A stretch of DNA of 64,000 nucleotides from IMG/VR virus record IMGVR_UViG_3300043429_000130, positions 32,001 through 96,000 of that record. One strand, 5' to 3'. The position numbers were made by a program, and so were the translations under genes. This DNA is from a virus. Of the stretch, positions 58,851-64,000 are shown in pieces. How positions within the stretch are numbered: the first letter of the stretch is position 1; every line of letters begins with the position of its first letter. The notes under the pieces were generated by a model. It was not told the origin of the DNA, did no database searches, and worked only from the letters and a program-made list of their open reading frames with translations.

Positions 58851-59138
58851 ATGAAAAGCATAAATCCACGTTTAATAAAAGGCTTTGGTCAAGTCTCTAA
58901 CGAAGTTATGAGAGACCCAGAACTATCCTTAAAAGACAAAGGCTTGTATGCATATTTATGTACATTTGCTGGTAGTCAAACTAATGAGTTAACTGTTAGT
59001 GTCTACCGTATGGCAGATGAATGTGGTACAAGTCCGTCAACTATAAAGAGAAGTATAGAAACTCTTCAGTCTAAAGGAATAATAGATAGATTGTTTATGG
59101 GTAAAGGAAAGACCCGTAAGACTATCATCTTAAAATAA
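58851..59138 (+). CDS. Helix-turn-helix protein (replication-initiator N-terminal type)
   Basis: V.NEVMRDPELSLKDKGLYAYL...S...MADECGTSPSTIKRSIETLQSKG.I. Confidence 0.75.
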   Translation: MKSINPRLIKGFGQVSNEVMRDPELSLKDKGLYAYLCTFAGSQTNELTVSVYRMADECGTSPSTIKRSIETLQSKGIIDRLFMGKGKTRKTIILK

Positions 59139-59141
59139 CAT

Positions 59142-59832
59142 CCTCCCAGCACTAATATCACATAGGTGGTAGCCTGCGAAACTATGCACCTGTTGGATGC
59201 TAGTGGGAGGGCCCTCTTAAAGGCAAGTGGGACACGTGCACATATATTAGGTGTATATACACGCTAGTATATGATTAAGTCCTGTCCCCACGCCAGTCAT
59301 TGTGCAAGCCTGATCAACAGAGCTAGTAAAGAGCGTACATGGTAGCGAAAGGTTGAGCTGAGTATGGTAAGGAATTTTCTCCTGCACTGTAGAAATACAG
59401 ACTATACTAAGTGCTCCCCAAGTGACGTATTCTTGCTGAAATGCACTATCCTGTGATAGTCTTGCACAAACCCATTAAGAGTTATGTGATAATATCATAT
59501 GCAAGCAGCATCCTGCTAAGGTGTGTTTAGCTGTACGGTGTTATGCATAACTCTTGTAACGCATTAGCTGATTATAGCAGCCTCAAGTGAGTCTAAAGCC
59601 CTCGGCCAGCATTGAACTGTTATAGTAGCTATTTATTAAAAGGTCTGATCTCAGGAGCTAAGTAGCGTATTAAATATAATTACCTAGGACAAGTATCCGC
59701 AAACAGTTCGTGTATAGTTAGTAGTACGACATGATGATAGAGCTCCGTCAAACGAACAGTATATCAACTTAGTAGCCTGATCAGGACAATGGTAGATCCG
59801 TAAGAACTATGGAACCCTGAGATAGACCTTTT
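59142..59832 (+). ncRNA. About 690-nt structured non-coding region of six consecutive stem-closed domains
   Basis: No ORF in the track. Six long-range inverted repeats close successive domains, with G-U pairs and GAAA loops on the + strand. Confidence 0.6.
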
Positions 59833-59846
59833 TAAATTTTAATATT

Positions 59847-60278
59847 ATGACTATAGAAGAACTAATTAACAAGTATCCTAAAATATTTGAAGACTATGAG
59901 GGTAATCCAGGTAGAGTAAACTGGTATGGCTTACCTAAAGGTTGGATATCTATAATAGATAAACTTTGCGGATGTATGCAAAGCTATATAGATAATCATG
60001 TTACTTATTCAAAAGATGGTGAATATAGACCACAACAAGTGACTTGTTCTCAAATGAAAGAGAAGTTTGGTGGTCTACGCTTTTATACAAATGGTCATGA
60101 TAATGTCATAGAAGGTATGATTAGCATGGCAGAATACATTTGTGACAATACCTGTCAGCAATGTAGGTCAGAACAAGATCTTGGTGTTACATCAGGTTGG
60201 ATAACTGTATTATGCAGAACCTGTGTAATAGAACATGGTGATAGAGCAATGAATGCTTGGACACCTCTAACTAAATAA
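59847..60278 (+). CDS. Conserved phage protein with KEKFGGLRFY motif and Zn ribbon
   Basis: GW..II..L...Q.KEKFGGLRFY...TCQQC...GWITVLC..C. Confidence 0.7.
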   Translation: MTIEELINKYPKIFEDYEGNPGRVNWYGLPKGWISIIDKLCGCMQSYIDNHVTYSKDGEYRPQQVTCSQMKEKFGGLRFYTNGHDNVIEGMISMAEYICDNTCQQCRSEQDLGVTSGWITVLCRTCVIEHGDRAMNAWTPLTK

Positions 60279-60279
60279 A

Positions 60280-60558
60280 ATGGCAGACAAACAATTATTG
60301 TTATTATGCAGCTGTTATAGTTGTGAACATCAAATGATAATACATTTAGATGAAGGTGGAGATTTATACCCTCCAGAAGCATATGTACATGTACATTTAA
60401 TTAGACGGTCCTTTTGGTACCGTGTGAAGTATGGTATAAAATATATATTTGGATTTAAATCTAGATACGGTGCATGGGATGAATTTATATTAGATAAAAC
60501 TCATGCAGACTCACTTAGAGAAATAGCTAAACACTTAGATGATGAAACAGTATACTAA
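60280..60558 (+). CDS. Hypothetical protein
   Basis: CSC.SCEH motif; operon-coupled. Confidence 0.6.
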   Translation: MADKQLLLLCSCYSCEHQMIIHLDEGGDLYPPEAYVHVHLIRRSFWYRVKYGIKYIFGFKSRYGAWDEFILDKTHADSLREIAKHLDDETVY

Positions 60559-61111
60559 ACTAGTTATACCTAAAGAAACAGCTTGGGAGCATAAAACCTA
60601 TAAAAGTAGATTCTTAAGAATCATACACTGGCGTATAAAAAACTTCTTTCAAGGTATATGGAATGTTATAAGATGGGCACCCACTATTTATAAAGACAAA
60701 GATTGGGATGACTATTACATTACTAAAATGCTTCAGAAGAAGATTGAGCATCAACGTGCTTATTTAGTAAAAGCTAATAGACATGTACATGTAGACAGAG
60801 ATAATTTCTGGATGACTGTTGTTCTTAATCTAATAGAACGTAAGCATGCTGATTATTATGACATGGAACGCTATGACTATATAGTTCTTAATGATGAAGA
60901 TATACTTGGAGATCCATTATCTGAAACTCTTGATAAGTATATTGTAAAATATCCAGGAGCTAAACGAGCAGCTTTAAAAAAGTATAATGAAAATTCACGT
61001 TTAGATGATAAAGAAACTATATCTCTGTATATGGGGCATATACGTCAAGAAAAATGTGACAATCTAATTTATGAAATTCTTAAAAGACATTCTGCCGAGT
61101 GGTGGGACTAA
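60539..61111 (+). CDS. Hypothetical phage protein
   Basis: W.P.IYKDKDWD...WWD C-terminal pattern. Confidence 0.65.
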   Translation: MMKQYTKLVIPKETAWEHKTYKSRFLRIIHWRIKNFFQGIWNVIRWAPTIYKDKDWDDYYITKMLQKKIEHQRAYLVKANRHVHVDRDNFWMTVVLNLIERKHADYYDMERYDYIVLNDEDILGDPLSETLDKYIVKYPGAKRAALKKYNENSRLDDKETISLYMGHIRQEKCDNLIYEILKRHSAEWWD

Positions 61112-61123
61112 ATAACAACACAC

Positions 61124-62179
61124 ATGAATAACGTCTGGACACAATCAGCCAACAACTTTGCTTTAAAAGAGATTAGTCAACAGGTACCTTTATTACCTGT
61201 AGGTATATACAAATACCAGTTAGACCAGTTTGAGAATCCATATCTTACACAGATTACAGATAAGTTTCACTTTCCATATAAGATATATGGTATAGAACGT
61301 GCTTTTATAGACCGTGTAAAACGCTCATGGCAAGAAACTACTGGAAACTTTGGTGTATTACTTAATGGTGTTAAGGGTACAGGTAAGACTGTTACTGCAG
61401 AAATGATCTGTAATGAGATGAACCTACCAGTTATCATCATTCCTTTTCACCATAAATCTATAGTATCCTTCTTAAACGAGATACAACAAGACGTTATTGT
61501 CTTTATAGATGAGTTTGAGAAAATCTATGATGGATATAACAACTCATTACTTCCTATCATGGATGGTGCATTAAAGACTAAGCATAGACTTATGTTCTTG
61601 CTTACTACTAATGAACTACGTATTGAGCGTAACTTATTACAGCGTCCAAGCCGTATTAGATATGTAAAGACATTTGATGATATGACTCTTAATGTAATTA
61701 TGCAAGTAGTAGATGATACTCTTCTTCATCCAGAATTACGTGAGTGTACAATCAAAATGATTTCTGAGCTACCTATTATTACTATGGACTTAGTTAAGTC
61801 TATTGTACAAGAAGTAAACATCCATCATGAAGATCCACAAATCTTTAAACCAATCTTTAATGTACATGCAGATAGAGATGACCTCTACAATGTTTACAAA
61901 TTGACAGATAATGGTACAAAAGAAGAAGTGGATACTTTTACAACCATTGAGCCAAGATGGATTACAGCTCAAGGATCTGTTGGTAATGACTTCTATATAG
62001 GACATTCTTATAAAGGTAGGATTGTATCTGTTATATCTGAAAGTCAATTAGTTGTAAAAGAATATACCACTGAGAAATCAGCTGATGGCACTAGTTTAGA
62101 AGAATTTGAAGAGGATATAATTTATTTCTTAGAGAAGACTAACAAAACTCATAGATCATTTAACTCTTATGCATTCTAA
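61124..62179 (+). CDS. AAA+ ATPase
   Basis: Walker A GVKGTGKT, Walker B VFIDEFEK, sensor LTTN and arginine finger RPSR. Confidence 0.9.
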   Translation: MNNVWTQSANNFALKEISQQVPLLPVGIYKYQLDQFENPYLTQITDKFHFPYKIYGIERAFIDRVKRSWQETTGNFGVLLNGVKGTGKTVTAEMICNEMNLPVIIIPFHHKSIVSFLNEIQQDVIVFIDEFEKIYDGYNNSLLPIMDGALKTKHRLMFLLTTNELRIERNLLQRPSRIRYVKTFDDMTLNVIMQVVDDTLLHPELRECTIKMISELPIITMDLVKSIVQEVNIHHEDPQIFKPIFNVHADRDDLYNVYKLTDNGTKEEVDTFTTIEPRWITAQGSVGNDFYIGHSYKGRIVSVISESQLVVKEYTTEKSADGTSLEEFEEDIIYFLEKTNKTHRSFNSYAF

Positions 62180-62181
62180 TT

Positions 62182-62718
62182 ATGACAGATCAACAGTTTA
62201 TAGAAATTAAGAATGAGTATCTTCAGAACATGAAAGAAATGTTGTTAGAGACTGGTAATATACAACCAACTGTAACAATCATAGCTGATCATTTAGAAGA
62301 GAATAAGCCCGCTATTGTACATATACCTCTTCCTGAAAAGATAGCAAACTCAGACAGCGGCAAACAGATGTTTGTAGATAAAATGATACCTGAGATAGCT
62401 GTGAAAGTAAAGGAAAGATTTAGTATAAAAGCAGTGGCTTAGGCCTCAGAAGCTTGGATGCGTGAGTCTCCAGCAGATGACTTTGACCCAAAAGTAGATG
62501 ACTACAAGAAAATACCTATTAAAAAAGAAATTCTAATATTAACCATAGATACAGGAGCTAAAATAGAAAGCTATGTGTATGAAATAATTAGATTGTCTGT
62601 CTCTCCTACAGGAGACTTGGTAGAAGATATAGAACTTGTAGATATGCCTGAGTTAAGTAATCAGTTTGCTGAAAATGGAGGCAGATTTGGTAACTTATAT
62701 AAAAAGTTTACAGCTTAA
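62182..62718 (+). pseudogene. Single 178-codon gene interrupted by one in-frame TAG (62440-62442)
   Basis: Track ORFs 62182..62442 and 62458..62718 are in the same frame and join as ...KAVA*ASEAWMRES... Confidence 0.6.
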
Positions 62719-62732
62719 ATAAATTTATAATT

Positions 62733-62903
62733 ATGATTGAATGGCTTAAAAGCTTATTTACAAGCTATAAGAAAGTAAAAGAGCTTGAGAAAGAAGTAGA
62801 AGTACTTAATGAAAAGATATCTGAGAAACAAGATATTATCAATAAGACCAATGCTTATTGGAAGAAAAAGTTCTATAACCAGAACAAAAAGGTTAAAGAG
62901 TAA
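62733..62903 (+). CDS. Small coiled-coil protein (56 aa)
   Basis: MIEWLKSLFTSYKKVKELEKEVEVLNEKI...; below the track cut-off. Confidence 0.55.
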   Translation: MIEWLKSLFTSYKKVKELEKEVEVLNEKISEKQDIINKTNAYWKKKFYNQNKKVKE

Positions 62904-62907
62904 CACC

Positions 62908-62925
62908 TTATAGCTCTATTATCCG
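62908..62925 (+). repeat. 18-bp dispersed motif TTATAGCTCTATTATCCG (copy 3)
   Basis: Exact reverse complement of 43718-43735. Confidence 0.8.
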
Positions 62926-62996
62926 TAGTTTATCTATATAGTAGTTGTATGTATTATTATTATACTTAGTTTTATGATAGTTAAACTATCCATGAA

Positions 62997-63260
62997 ATGC
63001 TCTATCAACTACCTAACGGAAGGGTAATAGAAATAAGTACCGAGCAGTATTTTGAAATGACTGATGAAGAGCTTGAGTATCTCATAGCTTATAATTATGG
63101 TGACACATTAGAAGATCCATGGTTTGGCTCCGTTATACAAAAGAAATCTTCAGCTGTTTATGAAGAAGAAACTCCTGATGTACTACCTGACTTGACTAAT
63201 ATATCAAATGAAGATAAGATTAGTTATACAGATATAGACTATCAACCTGAAGAAGAATAA
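62997..63260 (+). CDS. Hypothetical acidic protein
   Basis: MLYQLPNGRVIEISTEQYFEMTDEELEYL N-terminus; followed by a terminator. Confidence 0.65.
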   Translation: MLYQLPNGRVIEISTEQYFEMTDEELEYLIAYNYGDTLEDPWFGSVIQKKSSAVYEEETPDVLPDLTNISNEDKISYTDIDYQPEEE

Positions 63261-63284
63261 TTAATTCCTATGTTAAACTTGTAT

Positions 63285-63312
63285 GCCTCTAGAGAAATCT
63301 AGGGGCTTTTTT
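63285..63312 (+). terminator. Intrinsic terminator
   Basis: GCCTCTAGA-GAAA-TCTAGGGGC-TTTTTT. Confidence 0.75.
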
Positions 63313-63335
63313 ATTTATTTTAAAACAATGTTCGT

Positions 63336-63839
63336 ATGAAACAAAGTAAAGTTAGAGTTACCGCAGATACAAATGGTAACGTAATTGGGGTATCCCAAAA
63401 CAACCCAGAGTACGGATACGTACGTGTTGAGCAATCAGTTACACAAATCAGTGAAGCTGGTTGGTTAAAGCCAGTAAAACGCTCAGCATTAATTAAGGGT
63501 AAAGTAGAAGACTTAGCACAAGCTGGGTTTGTAGAAGGCTATGAGCTTTCAGGTAAAATTATTGTAAAAGAATCTCTTACACCGTTCAATCCTGAGAATC
63601 CTGATAAGGATCTTAAGATTGCAGGTCAAACAGGTGTAGTATGTAGAATAGATGATCAACCTATCTATCGTCAAACATTCTTTACTTCTAATCAAGATGC
63701 ATATGATGAGCTTATTACTCATGATAACAGTATTGAGATTAAAGAAGTACAAGTTGCACAAAAACAAATTAGTTCTCTTAAAAACAGTGCTCTTGCGGAC
63801 TTAGGACGTAAGATCTTAGCTGAAGAGACTACTTTATAA
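63336..63839 (+). CDS. Hypothetical beta-rich protein (possible ssDNA-binding)
   Basis: 167 aa, bracketed by terminators; function is a guess. Confidence 0.55.
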   Translation: MKQSKVRVTADTNGNVIGVSQNNPEYGYVRVEQSVTQISEAGWLKPVKRSALIKGKVEDLAQAGFVEGYELSGKIIVKESLTPFNPENPDKDLKIAGQTGVVCRIDDQPIYRQTFFTSNQDAYDELITHDNSIEIKEVQVAQKQISSLKNSALADLGRKILAEETTL

Positions 63840-63846
63840 TTGTAAT

Positions 63847-63876
63847 AAGAGGGCTCAGAAATGAGCTCTCTTTTTT
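63847..63876 (+). terminator. Intrinsic terminator
   Basis: AAGAGGGCTCA-GAAA-TGAGCTCTC-TTTTTT. Confidence 0.75.
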
Positions 63877-63913
63877 ATACCAATCCATTAATGTCCTAAC
63901 AATCTACATCCAC

Positions 63914-64000
63914 ATGCACAACCCAAACAAAACAGTGTCAGCTAACTCTAAAGGCATAGTAGTGTCTTTTGGAGATGTGAACAAGCACAGATTCATAAAG
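63914..64000 (+). CDS. Partial ORF running off the right edge
   Basis: MHNPNKTVSANSKGIVVSFGDVNKHRFIK is open to the end of the window. Confidence 0.4.
   Translation, partial: MHNPNKTVSANSKGIVVSFGDVNKHRFIK

Noticed and set aside
57100-59790. CTGATCA and GAAA motifs as hammerhead ribozyme cores
   Set aside because: The hammerhead core needs CUGANGA with a C3-G8 pair and a specific three-stem order, which I could not build here.
55196-59832. CRISPR array or mini-array in the non-coding tracts
   Set aside because: No direct repeats with regular spacers; the structures are non-identical inverted repeats.
59142-59832. Group I or group II intron
   Set aside because: Flanking genes are complete, and I could not find a group II domain V or group I P7 core by eye.
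1-64000. Genome-wide TAG or TGA reassignment as in some crAss-like phages
   Set aside because: Long genes are intact under code 11, TAG terminates several genes, only one internal TAG was found and no suppressor tRNA is visible.

Overview
This 64-kb window is part of a crAss-like (Crassvirales-type, podovirus-like) phage genome, AT-rich and probably infecting an environmental Bacteroidota host. All assignments come from motif recognition and gene order, not database searches. Positions 1-54002 are a minus-strand late/structural block. From right to left it holds nucleic-acid-binding and nuclease genes, PhoH, terminase large subunit, portal, scaffold-like protein, major capsid protein, ring/auxiliary capsid/hub genes with a Dps-like insertion, three ~1500-1650 aa tail fibres ending in chaperone (peptidase S74-type) domains, a free-standing GIY-YIG endonuclease, a cluster of Cys-rich FN3/Ig-like proteins, a metallophosphoesterase, an IHF-like protein, tail ring proteins, a small HExxH protease and the tail stabilisation/muzzle protein. 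The block ends in a >1100 aa cargo-like ORF that runs off the left edge and is missing from the ORF track. After a strand switch at ~54.1 kb come small plus-strand early-type genes separated by unusually structured non-coding DNA. The most striking unexplained signals are: (1) a 170-nt tRNA-like gene with a GUC anticodon, a Leu-type D-arm, a 22-nt D-loop insert and a 79-nt branched variable arm, followed directly by a pseudoknotted RNA; (2) a D-armless tRNA-like element behind the capsid gene; (3) a ~690-nt array of six long RNA stem domains; (4) a recurring K-x-x-x-GG motif that punctuates the cargo polyprotein and recurs as the identical NKYDVGG at the portal C-terminus; (5) a single in-frame amber codon; and (6) two families of repeated intergenic DNA motifs.
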